Source of the DNA: Octopus bimaculoides
Lineage: Eukaryota
Assembly (NCBI RefSeq): GCF_001194135.2
Contig: NC_068989.1
Coordinates: 45,728,884 to 45,786,363 of the forward strand
Direction of reading: 5' to 3'
Length of the DNA stretch: 57,480 nt
This document shows, one piece after another, positions 25,536 to 37,607 of this stretch. The notes beneath the pieces were generated by a model. The model saw only the letters and a list, made by a program, of their open reading frames with translations, did no database searches and was not told where the DNA came from. A program made the translations under genes and the position numbers. The first letter of the stretch is position 1. Every line of letters begins with the position of its first letter.

Positions 25536-26437
25536 TGCGGTTCTCCCAGAATATCGACATTTTTTCGGCTATCTTAGGAAACGTCTGAACTACTCGTACT
25601 CTTGTATGCAGCTCATATACTCCTTTCGATACACTCCGGATACTTATTGATCAGCAGTTGTATAAACACGATTAGGCTTGATATGTATAAGTATATATGC
25701 ATATACACTCTTTGATATATGCAGAGATATACCTAAATATGTTCAGAAGATAAGCATATATGTATAGGCGTATACATATTTATATATTTAAACAAATATA
25801 TTTACATAGAGCATAAGAATACCGAATACTAAGAAGAGAATGCATACATTTTTAACTCAACAGCTGTTTCTGGAAGCTTGGAATTATCTAATAGACGTAT
25901 GATTCATAATTAACAAATGGAATGTGCAGAAAGTGATGGGTATGCAACGAGTAAACGGCCGCATAGAGATATTACCATAAGACCAGCTTCCTTCATCGGA
26001 ATGAAAAAAAAAATGGCAAAAGCAGTTCACATATTAGTGTGTGAGATTTAAATGTTGAAGCGGAGATAAGTAACAAAAGAAAGAAAAGGCAGGAGGAGGG
26101 AGGATGAAGACGACTTATAGACGAAAAACAAGAAGAAATACCAGGTGAGGTAAGAGAGATGGGGAAAACTATAATGAAGGAATGTACAGAAACAGACGAA
26201 ATCAGCATTCCTTAATTGACTAAAAATCTTCTAAGCGAGATAATCCACAAACTGTGGCGCCACCTTTTACATGTTCCCCTTACCATTCTCCACCTCACTC
26301 CGGGTGATTTCTATATCATATATATACATATATATGAGAGGTATGGTATCCAGAATACCCACAAGGCAGGTAAGGCTATGTAAGTGCTACCGATGGATCA
26401 CTGTTACACCCCGTTTCAATAGCAGTATGTATGCACG

Positions 26438-26471
<34 letters not shown>

Positions 26472-28003
26472 CGTGTTTGTGTGTGTGTATTTATATATAT
26501 GTGAATATATATATATATNNNNNNNNNNNNNNNNNNNNNNNNNNNNNNNNNNNNNNNNNNNNNNNNNNNNNNNNNNNNNNNNNNNNNNNNNNNNNNNNNN
26601 NNNNNNNNNNNNNNNNNNNNNNNNNNNNNNNNNNNNNNNNNNNNNNNNNNNNNNNNNNNNNNNNNNNNNNNNNNNNNNNNNNNNNNNNNNNNNNNNNNNN
26701 NNNNNNNNNNNNNNNNNNNNNNNNNNNNNNNNNNNNNNNNNNNNNNNNNNNNNNNNNNNNNNNNNNNNNNNNNNNNNNNNNNNNNNNNNNNNNNNNNNNN
26801 NNNNNNNNNNNNNNNNNNNNNNNNNNNNNNNNNNNNNNNNNNNNNNNNNNNNNNNNNNNNNNNNNNNNNNNNNNNNNNNNNNNNNNNNNNNNNNNNNNNN
26901 NNNNNNNNNNNNNNNNNNNNNNNNNNNNNNNNNNNNNNNNNNNNNNNNNNNNNNNNNNNNNNNNNNNNNNNNNNNNNNNNNNNNNNNNNNNNNNNNNNNN
27001 NNNNNNNNNNNNNNNNNNNNNNNNNNNNNNNNNNNNNNNNNNNNNNNNNNNNNNNNNNNNNNNNNNNNNNNNNNNNNNNNNNNNNNNNNNNNNNNNNNNN
27101 NNNNNNNNNNNNNNNNNNNNNNNNNNNNNNNNNNNNNNNNNNNNNNNNNNNNNNNNNNNNNNNNNNNNNNNNNNNNNNNNNNNNNNNNNNNNNNNNNNNN
27201 NNNNNNNNNNNNNNNNNNNNNNNNNNNNNNNNNNNNNNNNNNNNNNNNNNNNNNNNNNNNNNNNNNNNNNNNNNNNNNNNNNNNNNNNNNNNNNNNNNNN
27301 NNNNNNNNNNNNNNNNNNNNNNNNNNNNNNNNNNNNNNNNNNNNNNNNNNNNNNNNNNNNNNNNNNNNNNNNNNNNNNNNNNNNNNNNNNNNNNNNNNNN
27401 NNNNNNNNNNNNNNNNNNNNNNNNNNNNNNNNNNNNNNNNNNNNNNNNNNNNNNNNNNNNNNTATATATATATATATATGTGTACACTCATGGATAGATA
27501 CATGCACACATACATACATACACACATACATACATACATTCATACATACATACATACATACATACATACATACATAAATACATACACCCATACATATATA
27601 ATTACACAGATATGTGTAGTGGTGAATGAATTATAATGCACTTGCGTGTCTTTCGTGTTTGCGCGTGACTATGTGTATGTTTGCGTGGGTGTTTGCGTGG
27701 GTGTTTGCGTGGGTGTGTGCGTGAGCGTTTAAAGCTACGTTCGCGTGTGAGATATGTCAAGATATATTATTATTTGTCTGAACCTCATGTGATAATCCGT
27801 TTTTAACCTCCCACGCATTGTTATTTTCATCATATTCACTACACTAAGGGCCTTCATATTGTTGCTCTTAATGTTGCTGTTTCTATCGTGTGATATGACA
27901 AATTATTCTTAAATATGTTTACGCATTTTAACACATGGCAAGGAATATCATTCTTGAATACTAATAAACGTTTACTGTTGTCATTATTGGCGACAATTAA
28001 GAC

Positions 28004-28320
28004 GGCGAACTGGTAGAGCTGTTATCACGCCGGGCAAATGCTTAACGTTGTTTCGTCCAGATTCACGTTATGTGTTCAAATTCCGGCAAGGTTGATTTTG
28101 CATTTCATCTTTTCGGGATCGATAAAATAAGTACCAGTTGAACACTGGGGTCAATGTAATTGACTTACACCTCACCTCCGGATTTGTTAGCCCTGTGCCA
28201 TAATTTGAAATCCTTGTAATAGTTAAAGCAATGAGTTAGCAGAATTTTTTAGCTCGCCGGACTCATGCTTATCGGCATTTCGTCCATTTTGTATGTTCAA
28301 ATTCCACCGCGGTCAACTCT
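28004..28320 (+). mobile_element. SINE type B full copy (28004-28212) plus truncated copy (28232-28320)
   Basis: ggcgaactggtagagc..gttcaaattccg..gataaaataagtaccagttgaacactgggg; second head follows. Confidence 0.85.
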
Positions 28321-28899
28321 CTCGATCTTTTCTGCCTTCTCTTTCTCTCTGTTTATTTCTGATTTTCTGGAATAAATATCAAACGGATATGAATGAGCTC
28401 CACCAATTCTAAATGTGCTTACGATACACCGTAAGTCGTAATGCCGGCATCACTGCGACTTCATCAAGAATTTGACTAACGAAGGTAAGACCAAGCATTA
28501 TTAATACTGTGAATATCTTTGAAACTATGAATCCAGACTCAGTTTATGTACTTAATTGGTTTGCTTCATAAATTATGCTCGTTTATATTAGTCTTCTTTT
28601 AAATGAATTACATGTTATATTAGTACATAAATATGTGTGTGACTGTGATTAAGTCTGATGTATGTGGATGCAATATGGACGCCGGTGATTGTTTTTGTCT
28701 ATGTTTATTTCAGGAAACTCAAATGTTTTCATTGTAGGCTTCAGCGCAGGTTAGTGATGCTTAATATAACTCGTCTGAAATGATATTTAATATTCTAATG
28801 TATAATTGAAAAAAGAGATCATAAATGTTAATGAAAATTTATATAGAAATGGAAGCAAAATGAGTACTCAAGAAATTTCTGTCGATCAACAATTAAAAA

Positions 28900-29260
28900 A
28901 GTGATATGCAAAACTGAATAAAACTTAGCTTTTGTTAGTATGGTAACAACAACGGAGATGTTTCGATCTTATTAAACCTCATCAACGAGGTATAGTCCAC
29001 TCATAGCTTCTAAAGATTTTAGTTGACCAATGCAGTCAATTAGGAATATCTTTAGACCGTCGTATAGATTTGTTACGATAATAGTTCCAGCTCCAAGTGC
29101 TCTGATTTCCAACTTTGTTGAGTTCAAATGTGGCTTTTCATCTATTAATATTTTATAGAGTATCAATCATGCACTAGAGACATGATTTGAAAATTCACAG
29201 CTAAAACCTTGCTGCAACCTTTAACCAGGGTTTTCGAAAATAATTCCCGTGTGATAATTG
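28900..29260 (-). mobile_element. Decayed CR1-like LINE 3' fragment
   Basis: MILYKILIDEKPHL, KIF and GLYLVDEV resemble the YTWKILEGLVPN..KLFN..LDLFLSTVPDEP pattern also seen at 6440-6805. Confidence 0.45.
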
Positions 29261-29336
29261 TTCATTGCATTTGTTATAAATGCAGCAAATCGATGATTGA
29301 CCTCTTGGAAAACTTGTATTCAATGACGTTTCACAC

Positions 29337-29367
<31 letters not shown>

Positions 29368-29503
29368 ATATAAATTTAATCAAAAGATTAAATGTGGTAC
29401 TTAAAATGTTTGTGGCACCAGAATTTGGTAGGGTAAACACCAAAAACAAAATCAAGAGATTTGGTGAATTAAATTTGAAGAAAAGCAACAAAAATGTATT
29501 AGG

Positions 29504-29600
29504 TTATAGCAGTACGTACGTTTCGTACAAGCTTCGTTTATTTATGTACTGAGAACACCATATAAGATGTGCAATGAAAATGTACTCCTCAGCTGCATAA
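29504..29600 (-). ncRNA. Minimal type I hammerhead ribozyme with canonical core
   Basis: UUAUGCAG-CUGAGGA-GUACA-(51 nt)-UGUAC-GAAA-CGUACG-UA-CUGC(U)AUAA; palindromic ACGUACGU helix III; predicted GUA cleavage between 29513 and 29512. Confidence 0.85.
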
Positions 29601-30621
29601 TGAGAGTTCATTTCAGAAGGTCATTTTGTAAATGTGTGCAAATACAAGAGTAGGAGATGAAGANNNNNNNNNNTATATATATGGAATAAAATAAACTAAC
29701 ACTATAGCTCAGTTTTGATCCTTCAGTTATATTCCATTTCTATATGGCCTATAAATATAGATGTTAAATATGGAGTCACAAATAACAAAGTGGCTACATA
29801 TATTTATCTGTTTATCATAATCCCTCCATTGAACAATACAGGCAATGTCTGGATTATTGCTTTCAATTTATTCGTGGCATTGATATCATAATTATAATTG
29901 CTATGAACTATGTCCAGAATAACCAAGATCCAGAAAAAAGTGACACAAAGTAAAACAATTACGTCACCAGCTATTCTAATGATAACAATAAATCAAAAGC
30001 AATCAAGAATACAGTGATGTCAAAAATCTAGAAAAGACGCAAGGTTCCACTTACAAGTTTTGTTATGTAAACATCCTACAATTTCACTTTGGAAAATTAT
30101 GCACATTTAAAGTATGCACATTTTATTATACACGTTTATTGTATTAACTACTTCAACAATTGCGCATGTTTAAGCCCTTTATTTATCACTCAATGATATA
30201 CATTTGACAGATCGTAAGACCAAATATATGCAACTTTGAAATCCGTTTGAAATGGAAAACCCTGGTTGCGAAATCATACCTATGAATGTCCTTTTGAATT
30301 TCTTTGCATTTGTATTTGCTGGTGAAAGTAACGAAAATTTCTGAAAGTCCGAAACTGTGAACCATTGTCCTTATGTCTTGTGCTATTCATGCATGCATTG
30401 AGAGCAACCAGTAAAACTTGAAAGAAGAATGTTTAAGTGACCGAACATACCTCCAAATTCATCACTTTTGATTGCATCTCGTCAATACATGCAAGAATCT
30501 TTCGGTTTGTAGCCTGCCTGGTAGCAATCTATTCACTGAGAGCCTAATGGTCACTGTTAATCTCAAGTCACTTTAAGTTGTATTCTTAGCAATATTAGCT
30601 TAAAATCTGTTACTGTTCATC

Positions 30622-30832
30622 TACGGGTGGGTACTGAAAGGTTCCTGCCCTTGAGAAAAAGAAAATACAGGAGGATCAGTTAATTATGATTTTATTCAAC
30701 ATATCCCCCTATCAAAATCAGCGGTCCTTCAGATTTTCAAAGCCTTGTAAAAGAACTCGGAAGTTTGGGCCTCCAACTAGGCCTTTCGTGATACCCTTAA
30801 AATCAGGAACTTAAAGCCAGCAGGTCTTCGTA
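30622..30832. mobile_element. Mariner-derived MITE
   Basis: tacgggtgggtactgaaaggttcctg ... caggaactt..cgta; homologous to 40204-40420. Confidence 0.75.
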
Positions 30833-31595
30833 TTTCTACTGTCATCGCAGCAGAGACCAGTGTATGTGTGGCATATTTCTGTGGCATTATTGCTGAAGAC
30901 ACAATTTATAAAATCAAAATAAACATATATATAAAAAGGCAAACTACAATTAGTCATGATTATGAGGTGGCACCCACAAAATTTGACTTCCATAGTGATA
31001 CCTTCTATTAGGTTCATACGACGCGTCCAGTATTGAAAATTACGGATTAACTTATTATAATGAATTTAAACTGTAAATTAAATTTTATGTTCGAAACATC
31101 AAATTCCGCTACGGACCAACTTCGATCTACTCTTTTATGACAGATTCGCTACACATAAATAAAAACACAATTATAAGATAACGAGAAATTGCACAAAATT
31201 ATTTTATATGACAATGCAATAGCAAAGTGAAACAAGTACACAAATACATTTACGAATGATGTCAGTGTTGACTATTTAGTTACAGTCACAACATATGTGA
31301 AAATGTGAACAAGCATATAGAAGAAGAAATAAGGGAATCTGAAAGGATAGGTGAAAATTGAGAGGAATAGAAAACAAAAGAAAAGGATACACAAAAAATG
31401 AAAGATAGTTGGGAAAGACAATTGGAGACGTAGTGGTGATTATAGAATGGTAGGGATATCGTGAGCATAACTTTAAATAATGAAGCGAGAGGTAAAAGAG
31501 TAAATTTTGAAGAAAGAGGAAGTAAAGATTGAAAGGAAGTAAGCAACAAAGAGTGAGAGGTAGAGGGAGACAAAGAAAAAAGTCAGCTGGTATGC

Positions 31596-31719
31596 GAGTG
31601 AGAGAGAGACAGGGAGTGAGAGAGAGACAGGGAGTGAGAGAGAGAGACAGGGAGTGAGAGAGAGACAGGGAGTGAGAGAGAGACAAGGAGTGAGAGAGAG
31701 ACAGGGAGTGAGAGAGAGA
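31596..31719 (+). repeat. 18-bp minisatellite, ~6.5 copies
   Basis: gagtgagagagagacagg repeated. Confidence 0.95.
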
Positions 31720-31964
31720 AGGAAAAATTAAAATGGATGATTAGTCGCTTGAGGGATAAATAAAAGAAAGTGTGTAAGTACCAAAATTCTCTACGAGAAA
31801 GTTTAGAGCAGTAAGCTACAAGTTTTCAATAGATGATGGCGAAGAATGATATGATAGTAGCTCTCTATATAGACTACGAATAGAAGGGAAAGGACGAGAG
31901 AATGAAGGGGAGTTGGCGCTAAAAGCATTACACTTGTTTCTGAGATGATGAGCAAATACAAAGT

Positions 31965-32742
31965 GGATCTTCGTGGTTATCGTCGCTGTCTACAATTTTG
32001 TTCCAATTGTTTTCAAATTTGGTATAGGGATTAAGTTTTGCATACTAATTATGAAAATGAAATTCATTTTTCCTATAGATTCATAATTAAAAAATTATTA
32101 GCCTTTAAGATTCGCAACATTTGGGTATTTTAACCCGTTTTGTGGTATTTTAGAAGCTAGTATTTTACACATCACCGTGAAGTTCTTTCGGCATATCAAC
32201 CAAAGAAGCACCAAAAGATGCTTCACATGCGCACAATGAGTGTAACCACCAAATTGAATGTAATCAACAAATTGACAGTACCTGAGCATCTTTAAAACGT
32301 GGAAACAAACGCCGGTGTGGGACACACCGTTCCATGGTTGACTCTTATCTTTGTGAATTTATGTAGAGAAGAAGATATGAGAAAGATAATTCATTTTATA
32401 AAATCCTAGAATGTACTCCAAACTCTCGTTCTTGAGTGTTTAACTAATTAATATCTGTTTTAAGCAAAGTTTTGACTGTTATTTCTAGCAACTCCAGTTG
32501 GTCTGCTCGAAGCTTTTAAATATTTAAATATTTTCACTGTTTACTGTAACTAGTTTAATGTTTTGACATGCCGGTGGACCCCCGCCCTCTTTCTCGCTAC
32601 CGTGACAGCTGATGGCTGAAAATTCTGAAAATTATCAAACTTTCAACACCTGTAAAATTTTCAGAAAATTTTTCTACAATAAATTCGGATTTATCGTCAA
32701 AAATTACATCTCGACATGCAGTGACGATAACCACAAAGATCC
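31965..32742 (+). mobile_element. Internally deleted Merlin-like (IS1016/IS1595-related) DNA transposon
   Basis: 24-bp TIR ggatcttcgtggttatcgtcgctg / cagtgacgataaccacaaagatcc (22/24); C-terminal remnant LKRGNKRRCGTHRSMVDSYLCEFM*RRRY; no TSD discerned. Confidence 0.75.
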
Positions 32743-33095
32743 CACTAGACATTTCCTACATATGTATCCTAGATATAAGCTACAATCATCCATACACACA
32801 TATATGCATGTAGGTATATATATATATATATGCGTGTACGCGTGTGAGCGCACGCGCGTTAACCACCCTGTTTGTATGTATATTGTAGCAATATTTAAAT
32901 ATATGTTAGTGCGCTTGTGTACGCATATATATATATATATATATATGTAAGATTGCTTGCGTTTGAATCTTCATAATTAAAGAATTTAGGTTTTGGCTCT
33001 AATGTTAATCGCGTTTGTACCTGTTGGTCGTTCATATTCGGGTGTAGGCTGTGATATAATACAAAAAACACAGCGATAATAAGAGAAAAGAACAT

Positions 33096-33391
33096 GGGCA
33101 TTGACTTAGCACTCCTTTATTTTTTATGCTACGTACGTTTCATTATTCAGCAACATATGACGTCACACTATAGATGCTACCAGTCGATGCACCCTACAGC
33201 GCCAGCATGGTGAGCGAGCTTAACATAAGCTAGTTATATAGGAAGCACTCTATAACTGTCTGATGACGTGTTTGCTCAGCATGCTTATTCTGCAAGATGC
33301 CTCTACTTCTTACAGCTATAGAGTGACGTCGTGCTGTTGAATACTGAAATATATGTAACAATCGAAATAAAGTCGTGCTAGGTCAATGTCC
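33096..33391. mobile_element. MITE with ~75-bp imperfect TIRs
   Basis: gggcattgacttagcac..tgacgtcacactatag versus ctatagagtgacgtc..gtgctaggtcaatgtcc. Confidence 0.8.
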
Positions 33392-33476
33392 AAGTTCTTT
33401 TCTCTATATATCTATACATATATATGCTTATGTATATTCGTATATTTATATGTATATACATGTGTGTGTGTGTGTT

Positions 33477-33533
<57 letters not shown>

Positions 33534-33644
33534 TTAGATAGATAGATAGATGTTGGTATGATACAGTGGCTTATATCAAGGAAATATGTTACTATTATTA
33601 AATCCGGGATAATTGATAAGTTAACCCTCTTGAAATCCAAATTG

Positions 33645-33780
33645 TTAAGTCCTAAGTCGGCTACGGTTTTGCTGGTGTTATGAAATACAATCTATTCATG
33701 ACTATTCCGCCTTTACATCAGATATAACGTACTTTAGACTATATTATCCTATGCAATGGTTATAAGATGATAGAACTTAT
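33645..33780 (+). repeat. Dispersed ~130-bp repeat, second copy at 37945-38075
   Basis: cctaagtYggctac..gctggtgttatgaaata..ttcatgactatt..catcagatata..gcaatggttataagatgatag in both. Confidence 0.85.
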
Positions 33781-34437
33781 AAACAATTTAGCTGCTGTTT
33801 CTAACAGGACGAACGAAAACGTAGAGACTCGTTCATTCGCTTTACAGCAGAGGTGTTAAACTGGGCAAAATGTTAAGTCCTCCACACTTATTCCATTAAT
33901 AAATAATCATATGAGATTGTCACACATCTCGAGCAAAATGTTCAATAAACACTAAATAAATCAGCTAGACAATGAGATGACGTACAAATAATATGCTTTA
34001 TTTAAGGCAAATTCGGTGCCCACAAAATATAACAGACATATGTACACAAAACAGCAAACACGCTACTACATAAATAAATAAAGAAGGAAAGATATTAGTT
34101 ATAGTACGTTGCATTAGTCTCTTTAAATTCAATAAAGGAAATATTTATAGAATTTCTAAGTCAGAATTCTCTCTATTGTGCCAAGTTATTCTAGTATTGG
34201 TTGCTGTATTAATTAACTATACAGCGCGTACCAAATTATTTTTGGTTTGTAGTCTCATGCACTTTAAATACAATTGTGTTATGATAGATTTTCTTGCTTT
34301 CAAGATAATGCCATCATTTTATCTTTCTTCAATATCTCGTGAACTTTTCATAGTACAAGCAACGTTTGTATGTCATATACCATGTATACGCGCATGCATA
34401 CAAACATACTACCACACATGAATATGTATACGTGTTT

Positions 34438-34470
<33 letters not shown>

Positions 34471-34480
34471 CATACACATA

Positions 34481-34696
34481 TAGACGTTACTTAAGTGACA
34501 GAGAGTACAATGTGTTACCGGCTTTGCAAGAAATAAGAGTCGAACCGACTCACTAGCCACAAGAGCATTATCTCATTCGGTCTGACTCTTACATCTAACA
34601 ATGCCGGAGTGCTCTTGTGGCTAGTGAGTCGGTTTGACTGATATTTCTAGCAATACCGGTAATACATTGTACCCTCTGTCACTTAAGTGACGCCTG
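34481..34696. mobile_element. Foldback MITE, ~88-bp arms, TA-flanked (Tc1/mariner-type)
   Basis: tagacgttacttaagtgacagagagtacaatg..gactcactagccacaagagca / tgctcttgtggctagtgagtc..cattgtaccctctgtcacttaagtgacgcctg. Confidence 0.9.
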
Positions 34697-34873
34697 TAAA
34701 TTTGCCTTTAGGTTGTTAAATTGTTAAAAGACCACCTATATTATTTATAGTTTTACTTAGAAGGTTGAAAAGGAACACACGAGTCGATATATATGGAGAA
34801 AAGTCTAGGGTATTTTAGCCCATCAGATGCTAAAACAATTTTGTAAAAAACATCTCAGGCTTCGGGCAGTACC

Positions 34874-34928
<55 letters not shown>

Positions 34929-35026
34929 NNNNNNNNNNNNNNNNNNNNNNNNNNNNNNNNNNNNNNNNNNNNNNNNNNNNNNNNCACACTCTCTCACACA
35001 CACACACTTACACACACACACACACG

Positions 35027-35070
<44 letters not shown>

Positions 35071-35671
35071 CATACATCATGTATATGCATGTGTGTATAT
35101 GTATAATGTGTATATGTGTGTATGTATATTTATGTGTATATATATATATTTATATGTATATATGTATGTGTGTATATGTATATATATGCACACATACCTA
35201 CATATATGTATTCAAAGAAACGTAAGTGAAGAAACTTTCGAATTTCTTACAAATCTTCACCATAGCGTTTAACGATTTGATTTGGAGGATGCAAGATAGT
35301 TTACATTGTGCTTTCGCTAATCCGTTATTATATAACCCTGTGTATTTATGGAAAGTGCAAATAAGAATGCATAGGCAGCATACAAAATCTGTATGTTCCG
35401 CATTGGTGCTCAACAGATATTCTATTTTAAACGAGACATCCACCATCTCCAGCCTACCTATATCTACAACAATACATGACCTTGTTACCTGTCTCATACA
35501 TAAATGTGAGGTTCGTTGCATTTGCATTGTATTCTAATTTTTTATTTGAATATTCCACCATACTGTCTGTAGATTTTAGTAAATACCTCTCTGATTCCTT
35601 ACTTTAAGTATTAATTTAAAATTTTGACACAATACGACAATTTCCATTTAGGGATGAAGTCGGCTTCTTTG

Positions 35672-35983
35672 AAATAATATCTAATGTACAGTTCTATATT
35701 TAAGAGATGAGGAATTATGTGCATTATTTACATTCGACGGATATTTGTCCTCATCATGTTTGTTGTTAACACAACTTTTCGGCTGATATACACTCCAGCC
35801 TTTTTCAGGTGTTTTGGGGAAATTTCAAAATTACCTTTGGAATGAGAATCCAGGTTCGAAATTTCCCCAAGACATATGAATAAGGCTAGAGTGCATATCA
35901 GCCAAAACGTTGTGTTAACAACAAACAAGATGAGGACAAATAACCGTCGAATGTTATAACGTAAATAATATCTAATGCACATA
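35672..35983. mobile_element. Inverted pair of decayed HHR-like units, family 2
   Basis: Arms of ~110 bp. Left (minus): AACAC-CUGAAAA-A-GGCUG-loop-CAGCC-GAAA-AGUU-GUGUU. Right (plus): GACAU-AUGAAUA-A-GGCUA-loop-CAGCC-AAAA-CGUU-GUGUU. Confidence 0.75.
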
Positions 35984-36104
35984 CTTAGAAAAGGTTTTGT
36001 GTGTATTCTATTTGCCCATCATCTCACAAATAGATGTAATGCTTTTATCACCAACTCACCCTCACTCTCTCGTTCCTTTCTCTTTTTGCCATAATATATA
36101 GAGA

Positions 36105-36258
36105 CTTATTTTGAAATGCTTAACGGGTGCTTATTTTATCGACCTTAAATGCCGAAAGCAAAGTCGACCTCGGTGGAAATTGAACTCAGACATAAAGATT
36201 GACAAAGTGACGTATAATCGCTGTGCCCGATGTTCTAATGATTCTGCCAGCTCGCCGT
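36105..36258 (-). mobile_element. SINE type B
   Basis: tattttatcgacc..gcaaagtcgacctcggtggaaattgaactcaga..gattctgccagctcgcc. Confidence 0.8.
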
Positions 36259-36409
36259 CCTCGTCCGTTACTCTAAGTATTAATGGCAAAATTTTGTTTA
36301 ATGAAATATCAAACTCCTTCTTTACTTTCTGCTTACTTCTCTCTCAACACCAACTTTGATTGAGACTTACGTGCAAAGCGCACATTAAACAACTTGTGTA
36401 AAATATATC

Positions 36410-36632
36410 TCTTTGTATCTTTTGATCTTTAATTTGTTTCAATCATTGGGTTCTGGTCATGCAGGAACAAGATCATGAAGGGTTTTAGTCGAACGAGTGG
36501 ATACCAGTACTAATTTTCTTTATCCTGGGTAATTATTTTATCGGTTCTATTGCCGAACTGCTAGATTTCAAGGACGTAAAGAAACAACACAGATTATCAA
36601 GTGGTTGTAGGGGATGAACACAGATGCAAACG

Positions 36633-36640
<8 letters not shown>
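36410..36640 (-). mobile_element. SINE type A, 3' half
   Basis: Tail matches 3780-3950; ends in the (CA)n that abuts the Tc1-like element. Confidence 0.65.
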
Positions 36641-36672
<32 letters not shown>

Positions 36673-36675
<3 letters not shown>

Positions 36676-37541
36676 TGCGGTGAAAAAACTGTCGTCTAAA
36701 TTACGCACAAATGAAAATAACCCTAACATCTCATTTTAACAGATATATTTACCAAAATCCAAAATTACATAAAAATATCTTGAGATACTAAAGAGTAAAT
36801 TTATTCAATGAAGTCGACATTGGCTTCAACCTCCAGACGACTTCGGAATGTCTTGCCACTCTTCTGGACAGTCTCCTTGTTTAAGTTGATGAATGCTGCC
36901 ATAGTCCTTGCCTTCAGTTCATTATTGGTGTTACAAGGAGTTTTGTTGGCCTCTCATTCAGTTGCACATCACACATAATAATCAAGAGGATTGCAGTCTG
37001 GGGAGTTAGGTGGCCAGATGTTAGGGGTGATATGGTCGCATAAATTGTCTGACAGCCATGACTGGGTTCTTCGGCTTGTGTGGCATGGTGCAGAGTCCTG
37101 TTGCTAGACAGGGTCTTCCAACAGCCACCATCTTGACCCAGAGCAACACTAATTTCTCCAGGCACTTGATATAGGCCTCCGTGTTGAGTCTGAAGCCGTG
37201 TGGGAGGATGAATGGAGGCGTAACGTTGCCATCACTAGTGATCACTCCAAACACCATAATGTTGACTGGATGTTTGATTTTTATCACTCTCGATACATGA
37301 TTTGGGGACATGACAAGCCAATGGTTGACAACCAGACACTCTGAAATGTTTGTATTGGAGCTTCCGGCGCGAATGTCAAGCAGTACAGCATATCGTTTCC
37401 AAATTTCTGGCTGAGTGAAATGTATCATGGTGCTGTTTTTCTCACAGCTGTGTAGTCGGCAAAATAAAAAAAAAACAAACAGTGAGAATGCACGAAATTA
37501 AAAATATGAAATGTTGACAATTTACTCATCGCAACCTGTAT
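36673..37541 (-). mobile_element. Internally deleted Tc1/mariner element, probably maT (DD37D-like)
   Basis: TIR-like cacggtgcggtgaaaaaactgtc / gacaatttactcatcgcaacctg-ta; KHPVNIMVFGVITSDG..PPFI, then WPPNSPDCNPLDYYV in another frame; N-terminus fused directly to the catalytic part. Confidence 0.9.
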
Positions 37542-37607
37542 ATATATATATACATATGCGAGAGAGAGAGAGAGAGAGAGTAAAAATTTATACGTACCTT
37601 TTTTGGG

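Noticed and set aside
26340-26375. Micro-exon VWYPEYPQG with gtaagg donor
   Set aside because: Weak acceptor inside (TA)n sequence, with no partner exons identified.
1255-31719. Tandem arrays (1255, 22550, 31596) as CRISPR
   Set aside because: No unique spacers and no cas genes; eukaryotic context.
35198-35537. Overlapping ~105-aa ORFs on both strands
   Set aside because: No recognisable motif; alternative start codons; consistent with chance.
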